DNA from: the human T2T-CHM13v2.0 reference genome, Homo sapiens
Reading direction: 5' to 3' (one strand)
Assembly (NCBI RefSeq): GCF_009914755.1
Contig: NC_060932.1
Length of the DNA stretch: 64,000 bases
This document shows, one piece after another, positions 1 to 14,075 of this stretch. Numbering within the stretch: position 1 is the stretch's first letter; the number at the start of each line of letters is the position of its first letter. Below the pieces are notes generated by a model. The model saw only the letters and a program-made list of their open reading frames with translations. It was not told the origin of the DNA and did not search any database. The position numbers were made by a program, and so were the translations under genes.

Positions 1-2076
1 CACAGTTCCTGATCTGTGATAGCAAATGTACGTTTTAGATAACGAACTGATTTTTCACTTCTAAAGACAGGGTAAAGGTAAATAAATTCAGGTTTGAACA
101 GCTGCTTTCTAGACCCTAAAGATAAAATCACATAGAGATTCTTGAGAGCCTGATCTGCAGACTACAATAATCAAGAGGTGAACTCTAAGTAATTCACTGC
201 CATGCACTAACGAGCCACCTACACCCGTCGCTCTTAACCATTCCATCAATCATCTCTAGGGCAGTTCAGTTTTGTAACAACCAGAACTGGAACAAGAATA
301 ACATCACAAGCCTTACAAAAATACTTTCAAGAGAGAAGCAGAGACTGGCAGGGACAGACACAAAGCCCATGACAGAAACTGAGAGAGAAACTCTGAAGCT
401 TTGTGATAGCAAAGGCTTGTCAAAGCACTTGGCTAGCGGATGACTCACTCTGTAACGAAGTGGATATGAAGTTACTACCCAAATGTCAACCATGATGGAT
501 CATCAGAACCAACAGGAATGGAATCATTTTAATGTCAATTAAAATGCACATTCAATTCATAGCACTTTCTAATTTTTAAAGCACATATGAACTATTAGTA
601 TTATATTAAAATAATATTTGTCTTTTCTTCCATGAACGCTTCACATTCCCATAGTAATAATTAACTACCAATAGGGCACACATTTTTTAGGTACTCTTGG
701 GCTCAGGGGCACTGCAAGTACTAGAAAAAACACAGATAGGAGTGTGCTCTTACTTAGCTATAAAACAGACAGAAACACTGTACCATAAAAGTCCTATTAT
801 GCCAGATCATGACTGATACCTGGACTCTGGAACAGATTTGAAATGTGCAAATATTTAAATCAGCCCCTATGCTGGTGTTGTATATCACAAGCTCTATCTC
901 AGAGAGTTATAGCAAGTAGAAAGAAGTGTTCACCCGAATTTATTCCATTCACCCTGTGTTTTCTCCAACCTTCACCTATACACTTGGTTTACATCATGTT
1001 AACTGGTGCTTTTTCACCAGGTGATTTTAAGAGTCCACTAGCCATTCATTGCATAATACTGGTCTTCTCATCCACACTGTCAGGACAAGTGTTTTCAGGG
1101 ACCAGACGCTATGTTTATTTCTCACATAGCTCCCAACATGACATTTTGTAAAGGGATCTGACATTACTATCGTGATACTCCGTGGATTTACTCTTTGCTT
1201 GAAAGTGAAAGGCATATGTGACTAAGTAACATTAAGGAAGTGGCCAGAAAGGAAAATGAGGCAAATGGTGATGAGGCAGATTGTGTGTAACTCAGAGAAG
1301 CAAAACAAGAGCTCTGGATAATGTAAGAAACTGTCTGGGGGAAAGGAACAAAGATAAGGACTTACTTTACTTTAGAGTTCAATCAACAACAGGAAAGAAA
1401 CAAGATTCAATGGAAATGAGACAGACACCGGGGACTTATTATTTTCAAAAGTCACAGGAAGGGGAATATGAGAAAAAAAGGAGTGGAGTGGATCAAACTG
1501 GAAACTTCTGGGTGAGCTTCTCGAGAGTAGTTGTCTATGTCCTCTCTGCCTCTGCATCCTCAACTCTCCAATCTGCCTTCCACGCTCACCACTGCACTGA
1601 AACTGCTTTATCGATAATTTCCTACTTGCTGAATTGACGTGGCACTCTCCAATTCCCTATCTTACCTTTTCATGACAGGACACATTTCAAACATCTCTTA
1701 ACATCTCTGGTACCAGTTTTCTCTCTGGCTTAGTTTTCTTCCTAGCTGTCTGGCCACATTGCACAGGCTCCTCCTCCTTTCTCTTCCTCCTAGGGCACAT
1801 ATGAGTATATGGTCCACTGGCTCTGTCCTCCATCTTCTCCTCACTCTTGGAGTGACATCATCTACTTGCATGGCTTAAATTACCAATTTTTTGTTAATGA
1901 CTGTTCAGATCTGCATTTCTGGCCCCTTCATTGGCTCCAGATCAAAGTATGCATAATTGCTTACTGGACACATCCATTTATTATTCCACACACTCTGAAT
2001 TCAACACCTCAAACTAAACTCTCCAAGTAGAGCTATGTTTCCCCCTCCATCTTACCCCTGCCCTTGTTCAAGTTAA

Positions 2077-2760
<684 letters not shown>

Positions 2761-4630
2761 AATCAGGTCACTCCCCATTTAAAACATGTGATAGCTCCAA
2801 CTGCTCTAAGATAAAGTCTCAACTCTTTAACATGGTTCTCTAGGCTCTTCTGCCTCAAACACCACTGAACCTGCAGTTCCCCAAACACGCTGTATCACAT
2901 CTAAGTATCCATACACGTTTGTCTCTGAGTTCCCTTATATGACTAGCTTCCATTTGTGTTTTTAAGTGTGGGGTTAGATATCACTTTCTTCATGAACTCT
3001 TTCATGAGCTTCCCTTCTCTTGCTCAGGTTAAGTGCCCTTCCATATGTGTTTCCATAGCACCCTCCTCTCTTTGTAGCATTTCTCAAATTGCACTGAATT
3101 GGCCTTTTGTTTGTTAATTTCTTCAGAATGAAGAAGAAAGCTCCTTTGGGCACCGTATCTTGCTCACAATCATATCTCTAGTATACAACATTCTAGAAGA
3201 CGGGCAAAGTCCTAATCTTATATATGCACTCATTATTGACTTGCTTCCTAGGTAAATTTATGGCCCTCTGTATCAGAAAGGTAGTTTACTAGCCAAAGTT
3301 CAGCTGATACTGGATACTTAAGCCATATTTTAAGTGTCAATCTGAGAGATATAAAATAGGATGCCAACAGTTCCACATACTTCATGGTTTCTGGGAACAA
3401 TAGACCTGAAAAAGGTCTATGTTAGAAAATCTCAAAGTTTATGTACTCAACTAATAGAAGATACGAGACATTTTCCAGTGAAAGAGTGGAAAGTCTCATA
3501 TCCCAGTGAAAGAGTGGCTGGAGCCAGGCAAGTGCAATCAGAGAAAGGGCAAAGCCATCATTCTTTATTCAAGTCAGAGGCTGAAGGAAAGTTAATGCAC
3601 AGTTGCTGTGCAGTGGCCAAGTTAGTTGAAGCTGGGTGAAGTCATAACAGTTAGAGACCTCTCCCCACAACAGCATTTTAAACTTCCAGTAATTACAAGG
3701 CTCTCACACTAGAGTGTTCATATTTACTTAAGAAGAGACTAATGGGAAAAATATTAGCTTGGCTAGTACCATCTTTACAATACTGAGTAGGTTAATCAAC
3801 TTTAGAACGCCAGCTTTTCTATTTAAAAAATGGGAACAGTATCCTTCTATGAGATTGTGAAGCTCAGATGGAAGAAGTAACCTACAAACTATTATACTAA
3901 CAAACCAGTCTCATTTCTGGCTAAATGGCCAATGAAGCAAGCTGGCTCAGGCAATCTGCCAAGCCGTTTCCTACATTTGTGATGTATAATGCTCTGATCT
4001 GGGAGTGGTTATTCTTTTAGATATGAAATATACAGAAATGCTCTGCAGGGCTATGTGGGCTTTCTTTAATACGGGAATACTGCTCTTAAATGTCTCTTCA
4101 AAAAGGTGGGGGGCTCCTTGTGCTTATTTGTTTCATGTTTTTGCTACATGGAATGGGTATGTAGAGCCTATGGCTTATTTTTTCATAAAGGGACTATCTA
4201 AATATCCAGGGTTGAGGTGGTGAGAGGGAGAGGGAGCGGAGGCATGTGTCTGATCTTTGGTAAAATTTCTCTAACTAGAAGACAAGTATGTAGAAGTCAT
4301 GTCATATATATAATTAATGTCTATGGGAATGAGGAATGGGGTGATATGGTATTTTTGACCTGTGTTTATGCCACATCGCTAGCTCCAGAACACGAAGCCC
4401 TCTGCCTTGCCTGGCACTAGTGCTAGGAGGATTTATGGAGGCATTTGTCTCCTATCTGAAGTGGAAACAAAGGTAGAAGAAATTACTTATTTTTCAATAA
4501 AGGTACCAGGGAAAGTAAGGGCCTTTATTTGGATGGTTGAGAAGGCCTAACTCTTAATCATTTCATACACAGACTGCTGTAGGAAGATTGTGAAAAGGGA
4601 GGAAAATAAGGTCTGAATAAAGCCAGTCAC

Positions 4631-4930
4631 TTTATTTTTATTTTATTTTTGAGACAGGCTCTCACTGTCACGCAGGCTAGAGTGCAATGACCCAATCTTG
4701 ACTCACTATAACCTCTGCCTCCTGGGCTCAATCAATCCTCCTGCCTCAGCGTCCTGAGTAGCTAGGACCACAGGCAAGTACCACTATGTCTGGCTAATTT
4801 TTGTATTTTTTGTAGAGATGGGGTTTTGACATGTTGCCCAGGCTGGTCTTGAACCCTTGGGCTTAAGCAATCTACCCACCTCAGCCTCCCAAAGTGCTGG
4901 GATTACAGGTGTGAGCCACTGTGCCCAACC
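4631..4930 (-). mobile_element. AluJ (Jb-like)
   Basis: Reverse dimeric Alu; TSD ccag(t/a)cactttatt. Confidence 0.9.
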
Positions 4931-5029
4931 ACACCAGACACTTTATTCCTTATGAGATGACTAATAATCAAGAAAGGACTAAAAGAAAAAATACTCTCAT
5001 TTCTTATAAGAGTCGTCAGGAAGGGAACC

Positions 5030-5200
5030 AATATTTACTATTAACCTACTGTGCAACAGGTGTTTTCATGTATTTAATCATTTCTTTAGATCAACCATGC
5101 AACATCATTTCCCCTCATTTTACACAGAAATGAGTTGAGGTTCGCAGAGGATAATTAACTGCTCCAAATCAGCAATTAGTTAAGTGACAGACTTGGAGTA
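5030..5200 (-). mobile_element. MIR fragment
   Basis: MIR core-like cccctcattttacacagaaatgagttgagg...agttaagtgacaga. Confidence 0.55.
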
Positions 5201-8200
5201 TGACAAGGCATGTCTACTTACTGGAGTATGACTCTTCGTAACTCTTCAAGGTGTGACTCTTCTTTTGGAAGAGCCTTTTAATGCTCTTCCAAGAGATATA
5301 TTTTCCTAGGGGGATCTGAGGAAGCTGGGGAGAGCGATCCCCAGCCTAACAAAGCTCTTACTTTAATACCTAAGAGGCTGCCGACACTGTGCCCATGTGT
5401 TCAGGAGGCATGCAACATATGGGAGCATAAACACAGGGCGGCCACAACCTTAAGAGGCATGAGATATTATTTATTAATGCTTCAACTTCCTGTAGGAGTG
5501 GCCAAAAACCTTTGCAACAAGCCACTTTGGCTGGGATGGGAGTAGTGAAAGAGGTTGAGCGAATGGAGACTGTGAGGACTTGGCACTCGCTCCTGTGTAA
5601 TTTCAGCTGTGCCTAGTTTTCCTTCTGATGACTATTGTGACTTTTTTGTTTATTTGTTTTTCGGAGGGGGAAAGCCTTTACTATTACTCTCCATTTGTAA
5701 TGAAGAAATGCGAATTGAATTATTCTTGAATTGTTCTATATGGGTAAAAATCATTATACGCTATTACGTAGTTGAGAAGTCTTGATGAAAGGCTTAAAGT
5801 AACTGATGAGCAACTAATAATGAAATGAGACCCTAAACAGATTGTTATTCCAGTGGGTGGGGCAGGGGGTGGTTTGTGTATGTGTGTGGTATATATGTGT
5901 TTACAATGAAGGGAAGGTGGTCTTCAAAGCCAGCCATTATGGACTTCCGGAATGGCTGGAATTGCCAGCCATTATGAATTCTTTCGAAGACCAATTTGAT
6001 TCATTTAATCAGGGAAGCAGTGGCCCTGTTTCCTTCTGTCTCAGGCAGTACTACCCCCCTCATTTATCCCCAAGGCCGAGACGTTGGCAGCCGCAAGGGG
6101 GAAAATGGAGGGCACTCAGGAGGGAAGTTAACTGGAAGCCCTTGGACAGGATTCCTTGATGCTGAGAAATGTATATGGGGTAGAAAGGTGTGGAGAAAGA
6201 GAGAATGGATGTAGAGCCTGAGTGTGCTAGTGAGGCCCTTAAGGATAGACGCTGGATCCTGGGATCTTTGCATCCCCATCTCTGGCAAAGCCCCTGTTAC
6301 ACAGGAGGCCAAATGAGTGAGCTTTTGTCAAACTGAATGACACTAACTTTGGGCCAGGGCTTTTTTCTCCTCTCCTCACCCAAATAGTGGGGGATTGGCT
6401 GAAGAAGGGAAGAAGAAGGAGAGACATTTCTGCTATACTGGAATCCTAGGAGTGTAAATACTGGCATCCTAAGAGCACAGAGCGGAGAACAACATGGCAC
6501 TCCCAGGTCACATGCCCCACACAGGTCCTGTGAGGAGGGCTGCTTAGCATGGGGGACACTATGCCACCTAAGTCCTTTGAGTACCTGAGTATAGGTGGCA
6601 GCGGCAATGACCTCTCACTCAAAGAGCTTGAAATTCCTTGAGGGAAGAAAACAGTTCTTTTGTAAATGGGACACTTTATGACATTGTGATACCATCTCTT
6701 TAATTTTCGTGATACCTTCATCATTTGAAACATAATTTTTTCATCATCTTTCTACTGCTTGCTACTCCCCCTCCAGCCTATAATGCAAATGTAAAAAGTA
6801 GTTTGCCACTCTTTGAATATGCCATATTCTCTCATATCTGCTATTTTCACCCTTCTCTTGCTAAAATGCTTTTTCTCGCCTGCCTGCCTGGCAAACTCCT
6901 GCTTATCTTTCAGGCATCAGTTCAAGTCATGTTAATTCCTCAGGGAGGCATCTTCTGACCTTTGCAAGTATGCTTAGGGGGCCTTCTTCAGTAAGATTTT
7001 TCCACGCCTCTATTAATTCATCTCATTGCTTAGTGAATGCTCAATTTATCTGTTTTCCTCCTATTTTGTGAGCTCTGTGTAGGCAGGGATTGTATCTTAG
7101 TTGTCTTTGGAAGCTTAGAATTTTGCACAGTACCTGATGTGATAAATAGCTTTGGGAGGATATAAAACCCAAACTGTATAAACCCCAAACCACCTTGTAA
7201 TCATACAATTTACTTTTTGTGTAGCATCTGCTATCACATGCTGGTAGATTAGGCTTCCAACCAGGGGGAAGGATTAACCAGCAGTGGGACATTAGTAACT
7301 CCCTGTAGGATGCACACATCACCAGGATTAGCCCTTAACACATGCTACAACCTGGCCAAGGGGAAGAAGTTTAACTATCTACTACTCTTGTTTCTGCTGG
7401 ATGGCTCGATACCCCAAAGAACGCTATGATGCAAAAGTCTGCTCAGCAGCAGGCAGTATCCTATTAACCTAAGAGGGAGTGGCATTTCCAGATGTAGATG
7501 CCCATAAGGTCTTCCTTCTTGTACAGTCTACCTACCTTTTTAGTTTTTAGTTTTACAGATTAAGAAGAAACTACAGAACCAGGTAGAAACCACACAATCA
7601 GGTAGATATAGCCATACAAGACACAGAACTATGAAGTTTAAGCTTCCATTGATTGAGGAATTAGTCTCTAGGATCTGTGCAAGGTTTCCAGGAACATATA
7701 TTAGTTCTGATTTTTTAAAAAAGAGCATTAAGAAGAGAGTGGAGACTGGTTATTAAACATGGCCACCATTTTGCAGGCTTATTCTCATTGTAAGTAGATA
7801 GTTTACAGCTATGCTAGCATTCTTATGATTTAACTGAAATAGCAACCCGAACAATAACCCATGATTCTACTATTCACTCTTTATAAATGTATAATTTCCT
7901 TACTGCCAGGCTTTTCTCTTTATAAAAGCAATTTCACCCAACTTTGCCCAAATGCACATTTGCCACACTCCAGAGCTATCATAAATCCGGAGAAGCAACC
8001 TTCTTGGAGCTCTTATCCAAGCTGATGCTGAAGCTTCAAAGTTTACAAAGTTGTTCCCTTGTCAATACTAACCCATTCTCCATCTTGATGACTCAAACTC
8101 CCAATACATTTATCTGAGGGAGAGGACAGTGATGTAGGAAAAGCTGGTACCTTTGAAACAGCATCTTTCTTGGCATCACTCCTCTCAAATGTTGAATGTG

Positions 8201-8965
8201 AGAATAGTGTTTGTTCTCTTCCCAGGCCCACCCTGAGATGGAGTGGGTGGAAATCCGGTGGCTAGGTATTCAGAGAAACGGTTCTGCCAAAGGCAGCTAT
8301 GCCCCTTAACAGAGATTTTAGACAAAATAAAGAAGTGAGCCAAGAGAGTGGAATTTATGCTGGGGAAATGGCTGTGATATGTGAAATTTAATTTCAAAGG
8401 GTTCTTCCTTGCAGAGACAAAGGTAGCTAAAAGGACCAGTGTGGGCCCAGCATGTACACACATGCTGATCTGGCAGAGGCCAGAGTAGCTGACTTATAAA
8501 CTAGAAGCTTATAGGACTCCATAGGAAAATAAGCTTATAGACTCCATAGGAAAATAAAGACAGTACGAGATAGCCAGCCACCTAAGAGCATGGATAATCT
8601 CCAAGTATCAACAACTGCCTCCATTTCTCCCTTGTCATGACCCTCAAAGTAATGTGAGAATTTTAGAAGGATGCGGCAAATCATTTACTTTGTGATCTTT
8701 GGGTTTCAGCTAACTCCATACCTCTTTCTACAAAGCCTATTTTCCCAAAAAGAGATCATGGTCTAAGGTGAAGCATTCCATGCTCCAATATTCCTTACCT
8801 GATGTATTCCAAAAGGAAGATGACAAAAGGGTTTGTGTTAGATATGGTCCTTCCTAATTTGGACACTTGAAAACAGTTCAGATAAAAAATAAAACAAAAA
8901 ATAATTATAAAAGTGTTGTTTACAAAGCTGCTCTGGTAATATGTAAAATGTTAATGAAAGATATG

Positions 8966-9392
8966 GGTTTCCAGTGGCAGGGTCTGGAGAAGGGGTGGCA
9001 GGCACCAGATCCAGCCATCAAAGTGGCAAGAAGCAGCCCTGAAATGAGCCAAGGAGATGGGCGAGGAGGCGAGGGCTTCTAAGCAGAAACAAAAAGAAAA
9101 GACAAAGAAACTCTGGAGCTGAAAGCAAAGGCTGTGGGCAAGGGTCCCCTGCCCAAAAGGTTGATTTAAGAAATCTGTCCACAAGTAAGTTGTTCTTTGC
9201 GTCTGAGGTGATGGTGATCCTTGCCTTCCGTTCTTACTTAAACATCTGTATTCCCTGCTATAACATATTTTGCCACCTACAGCTAAAATGAAGTGCTGTC
9301 TTGGAATCTGTTGAACATTTAAAAATAAACTTTTGTAAAAAAACAAAAACAAGCAAAGAAAACAACAACAACAACAATAAAAAAGCAAAAAA
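8966..9392 (+). pseudogene. TMA7: Processed pseudogene of TMA7 (translation machinery associated 7 / CCDC72); the symbol given is the parent gene
   Basis: Intronless copy with a 5'UTR-like segment (gtttccagtggcagggtctgg) and a decayed CDS (GGKK.PLK, AKEM.EE, KQKQKE, ELKAKA.GKGPL, KKS..K-stop at 9186-9188). The start ATG is replaced by AGA (9007-9009) and there are frameshifts. A 3'UTR-like segment, AATAAA at 9324-9329 and an A-rich tail from 9337 follow; possible short TSD aaagata. Confidence 0.9.
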
Positions 9393-12085
9393 GATACAAT
9401 ATAGTTGAAATATAAAGTCCTTTAAATAAAGATCTGGGTGGACAAAGGAAGGCTAGTTTTAAAAAAGAATAATTCTTTCAATCTCATATATGGCATTATT
9501 ATAATATTTTGAAAAATTTAAAATAACAATAAATCAAATGTATTCCTTCCCAGTCTCCATTCCAAAGCAGTTGATCATCTCAGTGGTGCAAGCGTGCATA
9601 CCATGAGGGGTCGCCATCTGATTCAGTACTGCGGATAGTAAATCAAACGGGAGGCCTCTTTGCCAGAGAAACACAGGTGTGGAAAGGCAACTACAGCAGT
9701 GTGTAAAGAGTGGAAGGACATGTGTTCGTGGACAAACACCAAAAACAAGAAGTTCAAAATGAATCCTTTCAGATCCTTTCCTCTGAATACCCATATGTCA
9801 ATAATACACTGAAAACAGACATGTTGTCACAAACTTCTGTAAGGAATGACATTAGGTATAATCTTTCTGGAGGTAATTTAGAAATATGTTTTCAGAACTG
9901 TAAACAGTTCCTACCATGTGCCCCATGACACCCCTAGGAATCTTAAGAAAATAAAAGAGATATGTGCATGTGTGTGTGTGCAGTGCTATTTTATAAATGA
10001 AAAACTAAAAAAGAGTATGTCTGAAAGTGGGGGAAAAGTTAAATTATGATAAATCTATTTAACAAAAAATACTACATGCATTTAAAAATGAATATGTTTA
10101 TAAATGATCTAGGGACAGAAGAAACAAAACCATAATTACATATCATTTCACAGTCACCAAATACCAGATTGATGAAAACCAAAAATGTTTCTAAAAAACT
10201 TTTAATAAGAAACTGTTTATGATAACATACAGAGTGAAAAGAATAAGACGCCAAAACTGTGTTATACTATGATTCCACATAGATTTAAACAGTCTCTTCC
10301 TGGGAGTGCTGTTAGCAAGACAGCAGAATAGGTAGTCCCAGCTCCCATCTCCCCAATAAAAATATTGAGTAATCAGTGATTTATGGACCAAAATACCTAC
10401 TAAGACAATACCAAAATCCAGTGAAGAGGTTGTAGTACCCCAGGAGAGCACAAAGCCAAGAAACCCACGCTGAAACAGGTAAGAAGAGTGATTTCATCTT
10501 ACCCACATCAACCCCTCCCTGAAGCTAGCATGCCTCAGCACCAGAAGAGAATGCCCTGGCCCCTGACATCTCTGATGGGGGAAAGGAAAGAGGTCTTTGC
10601 TATTCTGGCTTTTCAGAGGGCTGCCTGGGTAATGGCTTAATCTTGGTTCAATTGGAATACTGAGGGAACTGCAATAGTGTGGATACCTGGGCACTGCTAA
10701 GAACAAAGGAAAGTGGTGGGTGGTTCGCTGCAGTCAGCACAGCTTGATGCAATTGGGAGAAAAGGTGGTCAACCTGAAGCTTCTACTTTGGGAGGGCTGA
10801 AGAAAGGTAGAGTGTGTGGCCCTCATTTCAGCTCTTCTTGGCCCCAAGGGACTAATTTCTTTCTCACCTCACTCACAGCACTAACAGAACTAGCATAGCT
10901 TGGAAGCCTGAAGGACACTTAGAACAGAGTAGAGAGACAGGTGGCTTGCTGTGGCTGGCACACTTAGTGTACTTGATTTCTCCCTTGGGAGGGAGAGAGA
11001 GAGGAGCAGAGTATGCATCCAGCATTCTGGCTTTTTGGAGGGCTATCTGAGGGAGTGGTATCTGACTCTCCTGATTCAGGGAACTGATGGCATACACTTG
11101 GTGGCTGCTTAGAACAGGGGACAGCTGGGTAGCTTCCTGCTCTAAAATCAGATAACTTGCAGTGTTGCAGACAGACATCAAAGGGTGCAAGGATTATGGG
11201 CTCCTGAAAAAGGATTCAGAGTTCCCTAAAATCTGTTGCAAAGATGACTGGTGAGGGGCTTCTGCTGTAGCAAGCCAGTCTCTATACTGGAAGAGGTGGC
11301 TGATTCTTCAAATGTGCAGATCCCAATACAGCTACAAGAGACAGAACAAACAGGAAAACATGGTTCAATGGAACAAAATGAATTTCCAGAAATTGACCGT
11401 AAAGAAACAAAGGTATAAGAATTACCTGCATAAACACTGTAAAGATACTCAACAAGCTAAAAAAAGATGAATAAACAAAATGAGAATATCAACAAAGAGA
11501 AAATATTTAAGGGAACTAAATAGATATTTTCAAGCTGAAGAATATAATAACTGAAATGAAAAATTCAGATGAGAGGCTCAAGAGCAGAAAACAAAGAAGA
11601 AAGAATGAGCAAACTTGAAAACGGGCCATTTGAAATTATCCACTCAGAGAACAAAGATAAATAAGAATGAAAAAGAGTTAAGAGAGCCTTATACACATCA
11701 TTATGCAGACCAACACATTATGGAAATCCAAGAAAGAGCAGAAAGAAGAAAGAGGGCACAAAGCTTATTTACCGAACACTTCTGAAATCTGAGGAAGGAA
11801 ACAGACATCCAGATTTGAGAAGCCTAATGACAACCAGGATTAATGGAAATAAATTACACTGGGACCAATGACCAAATTATAAAAAGTCAAAGAAAAACAG
11901 AGGACTTTGAAAGTAGCAAAAGAAAAGTGATTGGTCTGTGTATTTCTCAGCATAAATGATCCAGGGCCAGAAGTGACTGTGATGATATGTTCAAGGTGCT
12001 CAAAAAAACAAACAAACAAACAAACAAACAAAAACACTTGCCACACAAGCATATTACATCCAGCAAAACTACCCTTTAAAAATGA

Positions 12086-13445
12086 AAGATATATAGACCA
12101 ATGGAACAGAACAGAGCCCTCAGAAATAATACCACCCATCTACAACTATCTGATCTTTGACAAACCTGACAAGAACAAGAAATGGGGAAAGGATTCCCTA
12201 TTTAACAAATGGTGCTGGGAAAACTGGCTAGCCATATATAGAAAGCTGAAACTGGATCCCTTCCTTACACCTTATACAAAAATTAATTCAAGATGGATTA
12301 AAGACTTACATGTTAGACCTAAAACCGTAACAACCCTAGAAGAAAACCTAGGCAATACCATTCAGGACATAGGCACGGGCAAGGACTTCATGTCTAAAAC
12401 ACCAAAAGCAATGGCAATAAAAGCCAAAATTGACAAATGGGATCTAATTAAACTAAAGAGCTTCTGCACAGCAAAAGAAACTACCATCAGAGTGAACAGG
12501 CAACCTACAGAATGGGAGAAAATTTTTCCAATCTACTCATCTGACAAAGGGCTAATATCCAGAGTCTACAATGAACTCAAACAAATTTACAAGAAATAAA
12601 CAAACAACCCCATCAAAGAGTGGGTGAAGGATATGAACAGACACTTCTCAAAAGAAGACATTTATGCAGCCAACAGACACATGAAAAAATGCTCATCATC
12701 ACTGGCCATCACAGAAATGCAAATCAAAACCACAATGAGATATCATCTCACACCAGTTAGAACGGCGATCGTTAAAAAGTCAGGAAACAACAGGTGCTGG
12801 AGAGGATGTGGAGAAATAGGAACACTTTTACACTGTTGGTGGGACTGTAAACTAGTTCAACCATTGTGGAAGACAGTGTGGTGATTCCTCAGGGATCTAG
12901 AACTAGAAATACCATTTGACCCAGCCATCCCATTACTGGGTATATACCCAAAGGATTATAAATCATGCTGCTATAAAGACACATGCTCATGTACGTTTAT
13001 TGCAGCACTACTCACAATAGCAAAGACTTGGAACGAACCCAAATGTCCATCAGTGATAGACTGGATTAAGAAAATGTGGCACATATACACCATGGAACAC
13101 TATGCAGCCCTAAAAAAGGATGAGTTCATGTCCTTTGTAGGGACATGGATGAAGCTGGAAACCATCATTCTCAGCAAACTATCACAAGGACAAAAAACCA
13201 AACACCGCATGCTCTCAGTCATAGGTGGGAATTGAACAATGAGAACACTTGGACACAGGAAGGGGAACATCACACACCGGGGCCTGTTGTGGGGCGGGGG
13301 GAGGGGGGAGGGATAGCATTAAGAGACATACCTAATGCAAATGACGAGTTAATGGGTGCAGCACACCAACATGGCACATGTATACATATATAACAAACCT
13401 GCAAGTTGTGCATATGTACCCTAGAACTTAAAGTATAATAATATA
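12086..13445 (+). mobile_element. 5'-truncated L1PA (L1PA5-like): ORF2 C-terminus and 3'UTR
   Basis: ORFs 11931-12599, 12624-12884 and 13053-13235 carry L1 ORF2 C-terminal peptides (YIDQWNRTE...[26 protein letters not shown]); L1PA 3'UTR with G-run, ending cctagaacttaaagtataata. Confidence 0.95.
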
Positions 13446-13580
13446 TATTATATATATATTCTATATATTATATAATATATAAATAATATAATACATTATA
13501 TATAATATATTATATAATATATAAATAATATACATTATATATAATATATTATATTATTTATATATTATATTATATATATA
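13436..13580. repeat. AT-only low-complexity / (TA)n-like minisatellite at the L1 tail
   Basis: About 145 nt almost entirely A/T, with a repeated internal unit. Confidence 0.9.
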
Positions 13581-13744
13581 CAAAAGAAAGAAAGATAATA
13601 TTTTCTTAGGTAAACGAAAGTTGAGAGAGTTCATCACTGCTGGACTTGCCTTACAAGAAAGGCTAAAGGGAGTTCAACTTGAAATGAAAGAATGCTAAAC
13701 AGAAACAAGAAAGTATAAAGCTCAATAGCAAAAGTAAACAGAGA

Positions 13745-14075
13745 CAGGACTTGGTATCCGTGGGAGATTTGTTCTAGGACCCCTGATGGACACCAAAATC
13801 CATGGATGCTCAAGTCACTTACATAACATGACACAGTATTTGCATATATCATATGTATATCCTTCTGTACACGTTTTACATCATCTCTAGATTACTCATG
13901 ATACCTAATAAAAGGCCTACACATCACTTCATTGGCATAGATTCAACATAGTACTCAGCATGTAGAAAATTCAAGTTTTGTTTTTTGAAACTTTGTGGAA
14001 CTTTTTTTTTCTGAATATTTCAATCTCAGGTTGGTTGAATTCAAATGCAGCAATCACTGATATGCAGTGCTGAGC
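13745..14075 (+). mobile_element. MER2B-like Tigger-derived DNA transposon
   Basis: ggtatccgtgggagatttgttctaggacccc...caccaaaatccatggatgctcaagtc...ggttggttgaat. Confidence 0.8.

Noticed and set aside
5265-5292. 10-bp stem hairpin ttggaagagc / gctcttccaa
   Set aside because: Short enough to arise by chance; no ncRNA features.
5880-6720. GC-richer block with overlapping short ORFs; possible ancient LTR
   Set aside because: I cannot assign a family, and the ORFs have no recognisable homology.
7900-8463. Possible extra PSD3 exon (ORFs 8043-8231 and 8185-8463, donor-like GTAAGG near 7900)
   Set aside because: No convincing acceptor and no similarity to the expected next PH-domain segment.
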